Source: Dehalococcoidia bacterium
GTDB taxonomy: Bacteria; Chloroflexota; Dehalococcoidia; Lucifugimonadales; UBA2985
Assembly: GCA_965247535.1 (NCBI GenBank)
Contig: OZ252018.1
Coordinates: 1,909,540-1,973,539 of the forward strand
Length of the DNA: 64,000 bases
Direction of reading: 5' to 3'
Shown here: piece after piece, positions 53,850-62,694 of the stretch
Layout of the letters: every line of letters starts with the position of its first letter
How positions within the stretch are numbered: position 1 is the stretch's first letter
Program-made: the position numbers and the translations under genes
The notes under the pieces: model-generated
Database searches by the model: none
What the model was told of the DNA's origin: nothing
The model's input: the letters and a program-made list of their open reading frames with translations, nothing else

Positions 53850-56800
53850 ATGACCTGGACCAGGGTGCTCTTCTGGCTGCTCCCCAAGCGCCTACGCTCG
53901 TCATGGACGCTGCTTGCCGTCTCCTCTTTCGGCATCCTGACGGCGGTGACGCTAATGGCGGTGGGCGCGCTCTACTCGCAGGCGCTGGCCGAGGGCGGGC
54001 TCCGGCACACGCTGTCTCTGACACCCCGCGTGGCCCTGAACGCACAGGTGGCATTGCAGAACCGGCCTCTGGGCCCGGCGGACTACAACGAGATGCGCGG
54101 CACGGTCGATCCGGTGCTGAACGAGAACCTGGGCCACCTGATTCGCGACGTGCAGAGGTCCGGCCGTGCACAGGCCAACCTGCCACTCACGCTCACCGAG
54201 GACGGGACTCCGCCGCGAATTGGTGGGCGCGCCGGCCAGCCCTTCTTCCTCACCGGATTCCGGGAGCACACCAGGCTTGTGGAGGGACGCTGGCCGGAGG
54301 CGGCGCCAGTAGTTCACGAGTCCGGCATCCACCTGGAAACCGTGGTGGGAGAGCAGACGGCCGCCAACATGGCGTTCGAGGTTGGCCAGGACGTCTACCT
54401 GGTGCCCTTCATCGCGGACCCGACGCAGCGGGTCAGGTACACCATCGTCGGCATCGTGGAGCCGGTCGACCCCTCCGAGGAGTTCTGGATGACCTGGGAA
54501 ACCTACTACTTCACCACGCAGGACAGGGACCCGTGGACAGTCGCCCCCATGTACATGTCCGAAGATGACTACTTCAATGCTCTGGGCGCGCGGTACTCCT
54601 CGCTTCTGGGCGACTACTGGTGGTTCCTGTATCTGGACACCGGCGAGCTCACGGCGGACACCGCCGGCCCAACTCGCGATGCAGCGATCGGCCTGGAGAA
54701 GCAGCTGAACCTCCTTTACCCGCGTTCGCTGGTGCTCACCGCGCTGGGGCAGACCATAGACGACTACCGGGAGGAGCTAACACTGGCCCGTGTGCCCCTC
54801 TTCCTGTACCTGTCGCTGGTGGTCGCGGTCGTCCTGTACTTCCTGGTGCTCGTGCTCGGGCTGCTGGCGCGCACGCAAAGCGATACGGCGAACGTGCTGA
54901 GGAGCCGCGGCGCAAGCATGGCGCAGGTCAGCGGACTGTTCGCGCTGGGCGAGGGCATCGTGGTGCTGGCCTCGCTGGCGGTTGGTCCGTTGCTGGCACT
55001 GGCTATCGTGAGGTTTGTGCTCGTGCGGACGATCGACCCTGCAGGCGGCGGCGGGCCGGTACCCGTGCAGCTGTCCCCGGACGCGTTCCTGATGGGAGCG
55101 ATAGGCGGACTGCTGAGCCTGGGAGTGCTGGCGGCGTCCGGCGTGGGACTGGCGCGGCTGGGCATAGTGGAGTTCCTGCGGGTACGCTCCCGTCCGGCCA
55201 CTGTACCCCTGCTCCACAGGTACTACGTCGACGTTCTGGTGGTAGCAGCGCTGGCTCTGATCTGGTGGCAGGTGGAGCAGCGCGGGGGGTTCGTGCAGCG
55301 GGAGCTAGCGGGCGGAGCGCTGGAGCAGGTTGACCTGAGCATGCTGCTGGGGCCGGTGCTGGCGTTGCTGGCCGTCGCGTTCCTGATTCCGAGAGGGCTG
55401 CCGTGGCTCATGCGAGGGATGGCGTGGGCGAGCGGCTTCGCGGCCCCGGCGTGGATCGCGCTCACGCTGACGAGGATGGCTCGCGACCCTCTGCCCCAAA
55501 GCTCGCTGGTCATCATCGTCATGATGGTCACGGCGCTTGGGGTGTTCGGCGCGTCCTTCCAGTCCACCCTCGTTAGGAGCCAGGAAGAGCAGGCGGGCTT
55601 CCGCGTGGGCGGCGACCTGGTCATCAGGGGCGCCTCACTGGACGACGACGTTCTGGGAGAGATCGCGGCCCTGCCCGGCGTGACTGCGGTCACCCCCGTG
55701 TCCCACGAGAGCGGCGCGCTTGTGCGCGTAGACCCGCAGGCCCTTCCGCATGCCGCCTGGCGCAGGCACGGAGGCGACGACGCCGGCCTCGCCGCGGGAG
55801 CAGCGCAGCTGCTCGGACAGGACGAAGGGGCGCCCGGCGTGGCGCTTCCGGAAGACGCGGAGACGCTTGGCGTATGGGTACGGGTGGACCAGCAGGACCT
55901 CTCGCAGGTGGGCCGCCCTCAGCACCTCGGCGCGCGCCTCGTAGACCGGTCCGGCAGATACTATGACATGCCAATTGGCGAGCTGCCGACCTCCGGCCCG
56001 TCCGACGAGTGGACGTTCCGGGAGGGTACGCTTCCGGTCGAGCGGGCCTCGCCGCCGTTCAGGCTGGTCTCAATCTACAACACGCGCAATCTGAGCGGCT
56101 CACTCGGCGGCGTTCAGCCCGGCAGCATAAGCCTGGACGACGTGACGGCCCGCGGACCGAACACCCCGCCTGAGGGCGTCGTGATTGAGAGCTTCGAGCA
56201 GCCTCCCGGCCAGGACTTGTGGGTCACGCTGCCAAACCCTGACTCGAGCAGCGACAGGGTGCAGCGGAGCCGGGGCGCGGCCCGCACCGGAGGCATGGGC
56301 TTGACGTTCGGCTGGCGGAACTCCATAGGGCCGTCCGCGCGTGGCATACTGGTGCCGGCCGGCCCGATTCCCATGCCGGCCGTCGGCGGACCCACGTTCG
56401 ATGTCGGGCAGCGGCCGCGTGTGGAGGGCGACGGCCTGGTCATTCCCGTTGAGGTGGTGGACGTGATCGACCGGTTTCCGACCATCGAAGGGCCCACTTT
56501 ACCCTTCCTGCTGGTGAACATCGCCGACTACGAGAGCTTCGTGGCCCGGATGCCCGGCTCAAAGCCTGCTGCAGTACCGAGGGAGGCTTGGGTTGCGCTC
56601 AACGACTCCGTGGCTCGCAGCAGCGCCGTGCTGGCAGTGAGACGCGTGGAGGGCGTCACGTCCGTGGAGGATAGGGATGCCGCGGTGGACCTGGCGCGGC
56701 GCAATCCCCTGGCCGGCGGCGGCTGGGACGGACTGACCATGTTGAGCCTGGCGGCCCTCACAGTTGCAGCCTCAGTCGCGCTGGGCGCCCACTCCGTGGT

Positions 56801-57143
56801 GTCCGTTCAGGCCGGACGCATTGACCTGACGCTGAGCGAGGCCCTGGGCCTTACGCGCATGGAGGTGCTGCTCTCGCAGGTGTTTGAGCGCGTCATTGTA
56901 GCGGGAATCGGGGCTGCTATTGGGAGCGTGGTGGGGCTGTGGCTCGGTCGTTGGGTCCTGGGATTCCTGGACGTGACCTCGGATGGAAGCCCCGTCGTAC
57001 CGCCGATGATAGTCACTACAAGCGCCGGACTAACCGGGCTGGTATTCGCCTGCCTGGCTGCGGCGCTTGCGACGGCCATCCTGGCCACGCTGGCCTCCCT
57101 GCGACGCCTCAAAGCGCCCGACGTGCTGAGAACCGGAGCATAG
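53850..57143 (+). CDS. Large ABC transporter permease with two FtsX units and two big extracytoplasmic inserts (1097 aa)
   Basis: N-terminal TM, ~270-aa insert, 3 TM, 3 TM, ~385-aa insert, then a C-terminal 3-TM FtsX unit ending ...LRRLKAPDVLRTGA. Confidence 0.85.
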   Translation: MTWTRVLFWLLPKRLRSSWTLLAVSSFGILTAVTLMAVGALYSQALAEGGLRHTLSLTPRVALNAQVALQNRPLGPADYNEMRGTVDPVLNENLGHLIRDVQRSGRAQANLPLTLTEDGTPPRIGGRAGQPFFLTGFREHTRLVEGRWPEAAPVVHESGIHLETVVGEQTAANMAFEVGQDVYLVPFIADPTQRVRYTIVGIVEPVDPSEEFWMTWETYYFTTQDRDPWTVAPMYMSEDDYFNALGARYSSLLGDYWWFLYLDTGELTADTAGPTRDAAIGLEKQLNLLYPRSLVLTALGQTIDDYREELTLARVPLFLYLSLVVAVVLYFLVLVLGLLARTQSDTANVLRSRGASMAQVSGLFALGEGIVVLASLAVGPLLALAIVRFVLVRTIDPAGGGGPVPVQLSPDAFLMGAIGGLLSLGVLAASGVGLARLGIVEFLRVRSRPATVPLLHRYYVDVLVVAALALIWWQVEQRGGFVQRELAGGALEQVDLSMLLGPVLALLAVAFLIPRGLPWLMRGMAWASGFAAPAWIALTLTRMARDPLPQSSLVIIVMMVTALGVFGASFQSTLVRSQEEQAGFRVGGDLVIRGASLDDDVLGEIAALPGVTAVTPVSHESGALVRVDPQALPHAAWRRHGGDDAGLAAGAAQLLGQDEGAPGVALPEDAETLGVWVRVDQQDLSQVGRPQHLGARLVDRSGRYYDMPIGELPTSGPSDEWTFREGTLPVERASPPFRLVSIYNTRNLSGSLGGVQPGSISLDDVTARGPNTPPEGVVIESFEQPPGQDLWVTLPNPDSSSDRVQRSRGAARTGGMGLTFGWRNSIGPSARGILVPAGPIPMPAVGGPTFDVGQRPRVEGDGLVIPVEVVDVIDRFPTIEGPTLPFLLVNIADYESFVARMPGSKPAAVPREAWVALNDSVARSSAVLAVRRVEGVTSVEDRDAAVDLARRNPLAGGGWDGLTMLSLAALTVAASVALGAHSVVSVQAGRIDLTLSEALGLTRMEVLLSQVFERVIVAGIGAAIGSVVGLWLGRWVLGFLDVTSDGSPVVPPMIVTTSAGLTGLVFACLAAALATAILATLASLRRLKAPDVLRTGA

Positions 57144-57158
57144 CGAGAACCCGACATT

Positions 57159-60100
57159 ATGTCACTACTCCAACTTGCATACCTGATAGCGCTTCGCAGG
57201 ATCGCCACCGGCTGGAGGCTGGAGGCTGTACTGTTCTTGGGAATGCTGCTGGCGGTATCTCTGATGGCCAGCGGAGTCATCTTCTCCAACCTGATAGAGG
57301 AGGCTGCGCTCCGCCGCACGCTTGACCGGCTGCCGCCGGCGGAGCTGCACGTAACGGCTCGCACCTACGGTGCCTTGGAGGAGCCGTCCGCAGTCGCACG
57401 GCAGGATACCTTTTACGAGAGGGGTCTGGAGGTTGTGAGGCGTGAGGTCGGCGAGCCCTTCTCCGGCTACGTTCAGGACGAGGCTCACCTCTTCCAAACC
57501 ATTACCTTCTACTTCGCCGGCCGTCCGGAGCTGGAGCTGAATGACAACGTGCGCCCCCGGGGCAAGGTAAGCTACATGACCGGCTTGTTCCCGGAGCGCG
57601 TGGAGGTTGTTGCGGGCAGCTGGCCCTACTCGGACGGCAGACCGGTCGACCCGGGTGCCCCACTGGAGGTAGCGCTGGACGTAACGGGCGGCGAGATGCT
57701 GGAGATGGCCCCGGGCGACGAGATCGAGGCGTTCCCGGCCGTTGACGGCTCACCTGACGAGTCCATTCGCATGAGGGTGGTTGGGCTGTTCAGCCGGACC
57801 GACCCCGACGACGAGTTCTGGTATGGAGTGAAACGCACTCTCAGCCACAACGAGGACGGTGTGCCGATCGTGCCGCTCTTCACCACGGAGACCGCCATTC
57901 TCGAGCACGTGGCCCATAACTATCCCAACTCCTATGCGGACGTGCGCTGGTTCTACTACCTGGACCGGCACACCTTGAGGGCCGGGAAGGTCGACGAGAT
58001 TCGCAGCACGATTGCCCAGGTGAAGGAACGCCTGCCACGCAGGCTGGAGAATGCCTCCACCGCCATTGATCTCGACGACGCGTTGAGCGCGTTCCAGGAG
58101 CAGGTGCTCCTGTCGCGGATTCCCCTATACCTCATGGTCTCGCTGACGACCGGCATCCTGGTCTACTACCTGGCACTGATATCAGGGCTGGCGGTCAAGT
58201 CAAGAGCGCGGGAGACAGTGATACTGAAGAGCAGGGGCGTCACGACGCCGCAGCTGGGTCTCTTCGCGCTGGTGGAGGGGGCGCTTCTGGCCGCGCCGGC
58301 GATTGTGCTTGGCCCCGTTCTGGCTCTCGCAATCTCGCGCGCGCTGGGCAGGGTGTTCGTGGAAGCAGATCTGGGAAGCGGCCCTATCCCCGTTTCGCTG
58401 CCCTCCCAGGCCTTCATCTTAGGCACCGCGGGGGCTGTGCTGGCGGCCGCCGTGCTTACCGCGGCCACTGTGATAGCGTCACGACAGGGGATGGTTGAGT
58501 TCCGCCAGACCGGCGCTAGACCTCCGAGGGCGCCCTTCATCCATCGCAGCTACCTGGACCTGCTGGCTCTCGTGCTCATCGGTCTCATATGGTGGCAGAT
58601 CCAGACCAGGAGATCGTTCCTCGTGCGCTCCCTGGGCACCGGCGAGCTTGAGGTGGACGTCTCGCTGCTGCTTGGGCCGCTGCTGGGACTGCTGGCGCTG
58701 GGCCTACTGGTCATGCGCCTGTTTCCCATAGGCGTATCGCTGGTGGCGCGAGCCGCGGAGACGGTTGGGCCGGTGTGGTTGGTGCTGGGCCTCCGGCGCG
58801 TATCCCGCGATCCCATCATGCCCGGCTCGCTGGTGGTACTTCTAATGCTCACCACATCGCTGGGCGTCATGGGCAGCACCCTCAGCTCCACGATCGAACG
58901 CAGCCAGCGCGACCGTGCGCTTTACGACTCCGGCGCGAACCTACGCGTTGAGCACGGCGTCGGCAGGGCGCCGGTGTCCATGCTTGGCATGTCCAACCTT
59001 GTCCAGCGCCTCGAAGGCGTGGAGACCATCTCGGAGGTACTGCGCACCACGGGGACACTGTCCGCCGGCGCCTTCGACCAGACCCAGATGTCGATAGTGG
59101 CAGTTGACACCGACAGCTTCGCCGATGTGGCCTGGTATCGCGACGACTTCACCGGCGGAGAAACGCTGACTTCGCTGACGGAGGCGATCAGCGTCGACCC
59201 GTCCGTCTCCATCCTGAGCGACGGAATCCAGCTGCCCCCACAGTCCACGTCACTGGCGCTGTGGGTGAACCCGGGCACCACGGACCCAAGCGCCACGCTG
59301 GTAGGACGCGTGCGGGACGACTCGGGCTACTACTTCGACGTTCCGTTCGGCTCGATGGACTTCGAGGACTGGGAGTTGGACTCGCAGGGCTGGGTACGGG
59401 TGGACGCCGACCTCTTCCCGCCGGCTCCCCGGAGGTTCTTCCGCCCCCTGCGGGTGGACAGCCGCGGCTGGCTGGACTCGGTTGGCGCCGTCCCTCCGTT
59501 TACGCTGCTATCCCTCCGCCTGACCACCAGGTCAACCATACGGCAGCCCGGGGCCATCTTCCTGGGCGACCTGTCCGTTGGATCGGAGTTGTTCGGAGAG
59601 GAGCCGCTGGGAGACTACCGCGGCTTCCTGGAAGGCTGGCACACGGTGGAGGACTACGACGTCCCCGGCCTGTACGCACTCGAGTCAAGCGCCGCGGTTG
59701 CCCAGCCCGGCACAGACGGGTCGGCCGCCATGAGCTGGATACCCGGTGGCCTGGGTCTGCCAACCCTGCGCGTGGGCAAGCCGGAGACGCCCATACCCGC
59801 AGTGGTCAGCCGGGACGTGCTTGACCTCGCCGGAGTGGGAGTCGGCGACGCGTTCGCCGTAGGAACCATCGACGCCACAGTTCCGGTACGGGCGGTTGCC
59901 GTAGCCGACTACTTCCCGACGCTGGACCCCAGGGAGGGGCCGTTCGTGGTCATGGACCTGCGCACGTTCAACCACTACACCAACCTCCACGGGCAGGGCC
60001 TTATAGGCGGCAGCAACGAGATGTGGACGAACCTGGACCCGGTGGAAGCGAACGCAGCCTCCGTGGTAGGCAGCTTGAAGAGCTTCGGTATAGACACGGG

Positions 60101-60587
60101 AAACGTGTTCGTGGCCGCCGACCTGGAGGAGCAGCGCGTGGAGCAGCCCCTGGTCAGTGCAGGATGGGGCGGCCTGCTCATACTCATGTTCCTGGCGCTG
60201 GCACTGGCAAGCGCCTCAGGCGTGATGCTCTACTCCTTCACTGACGCCCAAGAGCGCGGAGCTGAGTTCGCGCTGCTTCGCACGCTGGGGTTCTCCAGGG
60301 TGCAGCTGAACGGCGTAGTCTGGTTCAACCTTCTCCTGGTGGTGGCGTGCGGCGTAGGTCTTGGAACATGGGCCGGTCAGCAGATAACGGCAAGCGTGCT
60401 TCCCATCCTGGAGATTGCCGAGGAAGGCGTGAGGGTTACGCCGCCAATGGTGGTGCGAATCAACTGGAACGTGCTGCTCGGCACGTATGCTGTGCTGGCT
60501 GTCGTCGCCGCGGTAACGGTGGCGTGGCTGGCGTTCGTGACCGCGCGGCTCGAGGTGCAGCGAGTCCTGCGAATCGGCGAGGCTTGA
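57159..60587 (+). CDS. Paralogous large double-FtsX ABC transporter permease (1142 aa)
   Basis: Same architecture as the upstream gene (~275-aa and ~420-aa inserts). C-terminal FtsX unit ...FALLRTLGFSRVQL...LEVQRVLRIGEA. Starts 15 nt after the upstream stop. Confidence 0.85.
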   Translation: MSLLQLAYLIALRRIATGWRLEAVLFLGMLLAVSLMASGVIFSNLIEEAALRRTLDRLPPAELHVTARTYGALEEPSAVARQDTFYERGLEVVRREVGEPFSGYVQDEAHLFQTITFYFAGRPELELNDNVRPRGKVSYMTGLFPERVEVVAGSWPYSDGRPVDPGAPLEVALDVTGGEMLEMAPGDEIEAFPAVDGSPDESIRMRVVGLFSRTDPDDEFWYGVKRTLSHNEDGVPIVPLFTTETAILEHVAHNYPNSYADVRWFYYLDRHTLRAGKVDEIRSTIAQVKERLPRRLENASTAIDLDDALSAFQEQVLLSRIPLYLMVSLTTGILVYYLALISGLAVKSRARETVILKSRGVTTPQLGLFALVEGALLAAPAIVLGPVLALAISRALGRVFVEADLGSGPIPVSLPSQAFILGTAGAVLAAAVLTAATVIASRQGMVEFRQTGARPPRAPFIHRSYLDLLALVLIGLIWWQIQTRRSFLVRSLGTGELEVDVSLLLGPLLGLLALGLLVMRLFPIGVSLVARAAETVGPVWLVLGLRRVSRDPIMPGSLVVLLMLTTSLGVMGSTLSSTIERSQRDRALYDSGANLRVEHGVGRAPVSMLGMSNLVQRLEGVETISEVLRTTGTLSAGAFDQTQMSIVAVDTDSFADVAWYRDDFTGGETLTSLTEAISVDPSVSILSDGIQLPPQSTSLALWVNPGTTDPSATLVGRVRDDSGYYFDVPFGSMDFEDWELDSQGWVRVDADLFPPAPRRFFRPLRVDSRGWLDSVGAVPPFTLLSLRLTTRSTIRQPGAIFLGDLSVGSELFGEEPLGDYRGFLEGWHTVEDYDVPGLYALESSAAVAQPGTDGSAAMSWIPGGLGLPTLRVGKPETPIPAVVSRDVLDLAGVGVGDAFAVGTIDATVPVRAVAVADYFPTLDPREGPFVVMDLRTFNHYTNLHGQGLIGGSNEMWTNLDPVEANAASVVGSLKSFGIDTGNVFVAADLEEQRVEQPLVSAGWGGLLILMFLALALASASGVMLYSFTDAQERGAEFALLRTLGFSRVQLNGVVWFNLLLVVACGVGLGTWAGQQITASVLPILEIAEEGVRVTPPMVVRINWNVLLGTYAVLAVVAAVTVAWLAFVTARLEVQRVLRIGEA

Positions 60588-60631
60588 CCGCGGCAGCCCG
60601 ATGGGGTATAGAGTTGCAGAAGGAGCGCTCG

Positions 60632-61645
60632 ATGCAAGACCAGTGGAGACGACCCGAAGCAAGGAGCCAAGGCGCAGCCAGAAGCGCGGCCGCGGTAGCT
60701 GCAATGGCTCAAGCCGAGCCCTACATCGAGTGCGCTGACCTCTTCAAGATCTTCAAGAAGGCGGAGCTGGAGGTGGTTGCCCTGCGCGGCCTGGATATGG
60801 AGGTGCAGCCGGCCGAGATGGTGGCCATCGTTGGGGCAAGCGGGAGCGGCAAGAGCACGCTGCTGAACATCCTCTCCGGGCTGGACAGGCCGTCCGCGGG
60901 CCAGGTTAGGGTAGGGACGCGCGACCTGCTGAACATTTCGGACCAGGAGCTGGTGCAGTACCGGCGTCTGGAGGTCGGCTTCGTATGGCAGGCGACTGCC
61001 CGGAACCTGGTGCCCTACCTTTCGGCCAGGGACAACATAGAGCTGCCCCAGGCCATCGCGGGCATCGGCTCGGAGATCCGGAGGAAGCGAAGCATCGAGT
61101 TGCTGGCACTGCTGGGTATCGAAGAGAAGGCGGACCGCAGGATCCATGAGCTCTCCGGGGGTGAGCAGCAGCGACTGGCGATAGCCGTCGGCATGGCCAA
61201 CAACCCTCCGCTCCTCCTCGCAGACGAGCCGACAGGCGAGCTGGACACGCAGACTGCCGTGCAGGTCTTTCAATTGCTGAAGGACGTAAATCGCATCTAC
61301 GACGTGACGGTCATTGTGGTGACCCACTACCCGGGCGTGGCGGAGCACATGGACCGGGTGCTCCATATAAGAGACGGCCGAATCAGCTCGGAGAGCCGCC
61401 TGGATGCAAGCGCGGATGGAGCGGATGCCGGGTCCACCGAAGAGTACCTGGTGGTTGACAGGGTGGGCCGCCTGCAGCTTCCACAGGAGTACGTGGACAG
61501 GCTGCGCATCCACGGACTTGCCAGTGCGGACATAGCCGGTCAGCAGGTCAACATCAGGCCCGCGGCCCCGGGAAGCAGGCGGGACTCACGTCCGCGACCG
61601 GAATCTCCGGAGACCGACGGTCGGTCGAGCGAGCCTGCACCTTGA
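60632..61645 (+). CDS. ABC transporter ATP-binding protein (MacB/LolD type) with ~70-aa C-terminal extension
   Basis: ORF 60347.. trimmed to ATG 60632 (GAAGGAG SD). GASGSGKSTLLNILSGLD, LSGGEQQRLAIAVGM, LLLADEPTGELD. Tail ...EEYLVVDRVGRLQLPQEYVDRLRI... Confidence 0.9.
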   Translation: MQDQWRRPEARSQGAARSAAAVAAMAQAEPYIECADLFKIFKKAELEVVALRGLDMEVQPAEMVAIVGASGSGKSTLLNILSGLDRPSAGQVRVGTRDLLNISDQELVQYRRLEVGFVWQATARNLVPYLSARDNIELPQAIAGIGSEIRRKRSIELLALLGIEEKADRRIHELSGGEQQRLAIAVGMANNPPLLLADEPTGELDTQTAVQVFQLLKDVNRIYDVTVIVVTHYPGVAEHMDRVLHIRDGRISSESRLDASADGADAGSTEEYLVVDRVGRLQLPQEYVDRLRIHGLASADIAGQQVNIRPAAPGSRRDSRPRPESPETDGRSSEPAP

Positions 61646-62382
61646 TAGGCGTCGCCGCGCGGGGAGCCGCAATGCCTGGCCGGCCCGGACAGCCCCTCAT
61701 ATCCGTGCGCGGGCTTGTCAGAGTATTCGGCTCGGGCGACTCCGCGGTCACTGCGGTGGACGGCATGGACATGGACGTGTACGGCCAGGAGCTCCTGGCG
61801 GTGACCGGTCGATCCGGCTCCGGAAAGACGACCCTGCTCAACATCATGGCCGGCCTGGACAGGCCCACCGCGGGAACTGTGTCGCTGGACGGCCTCAGCC
61901 TGCTGGAACTGCGCGAATCGGAGCTTGTGGAGCTGCGCAGGAGGCTCATTGGCTTTGTATTCCAGTCATTCGGTCTGATGCCGCTGCTTTCGGCGCAGGA
62001 GAACGTGGAGCTTCCGCTGCACATCGGCGGAGTGGGATGGCGAGAGCGTCGCCGCCGAGCCGCAGAGGCGCTGGACACGGTCGGGCTGGGCCCGCGGGCG
62101 CGCCACAGGCCATACGAGATGTCCGGCGGTGAGCAGCAGAGGGTGGCGATAGCGAGAGCGCTGGTAACCGGCCCCGCAGTGATATTTGCCGACGAGCCCA
62201 CGGGCGAGCTGGACAGCGCAACCGCCATGTCCGTAATCGAAATCCTGCGGGACACGGCTCACAACCGTCAGGTGACCGTGGTAGTAGCCACTCACGACCT
62301 CACGCTCGCTCGAATAGCGGACAGGAGGCTGAACCTGGTGGACGGTCGCCTTGACGACTCGGCAGCCTCCCAGACGGGCTGA
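61642..62382 (+). CDS. Second ABC transporter ATP-binding protein (MacB/LolD type)
   Basis: TTG 61642 overlaps the upstream TGA (alternative ATG at 61672). GRSGSGKTTLLNIMAGLD, MSGGEQQRVAIARAL, IFADEPTGELD. Confidence 0.9.
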   Translation: MIGVAARGAAMPGRPGQPLISVRGLVRVFGSGDSAVTAVDGMDMDVYGQELLAVTGRSGSGKTTLLNIMAGLDRPTAGTVSLDGLSLLELRESELVELRRRLIGFVFQSFGLMPLLSAQENVELPLHIGGVGWRERRRRAAEALDTVGLGPRARHRPYEMSGGEQQRVAIARALVTGPAVIFADEPTGELDSATAMSVIEILRDTAHNRQVTVVVATHDLTLARIADRRLNLVDGRLDDSAASQTG

Positions 62383-62419
62383 TCAAGGCCCCCAAGCAGT
62401 GCACAGTCACCCCTATTCA

Positions 62420-62582
62420 TTGTCATTTCGAGCGGAGCCGAGAAATCTAGTACGCGCCACCTGCGTACATGCCCTGCCCATCGGCGTCTCGAGTCTGTTG
62501 GGAGGCGCGGCGTGTAGAATTGCGTGACGTCCTGGATTCCTCGCCTGCGCCTCGCTTGCGCTCGGCTCCCCTCGGAATGACA
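62420..62582. repeat. Inverted-repeat element: TGTCATTTCGAGCGGAGCCGAG ... CTCGGCTCCCCTCGGAATGACA
   Basis: 22-nt arms at 62420-62441 and 62561-62582 are reverse complements with 2 mismatches. The right arm is preceded by a related GGATTCCTCGC...GCGCTCGG tract. Located in a 312-nt intergenic gap. Confidence 0.6.
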
Positions 62583-62694
62583 GTGGTGGTAAGCGGCCGC
62601 CCTTCCGACCCCCTCAACGCCAAGTGCGGCAAAGCCGCAATCCCTGTATAATGCACGCACCGGCCGCGCCGCAACTCAGCAGGGGGTGACAACC

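Noticed and set aside
60377-61513. 378-aa minus-strand ORF
   Set aside because: It is antisense to the first ABC ATPase gene. No motifs. Shadow ORF.
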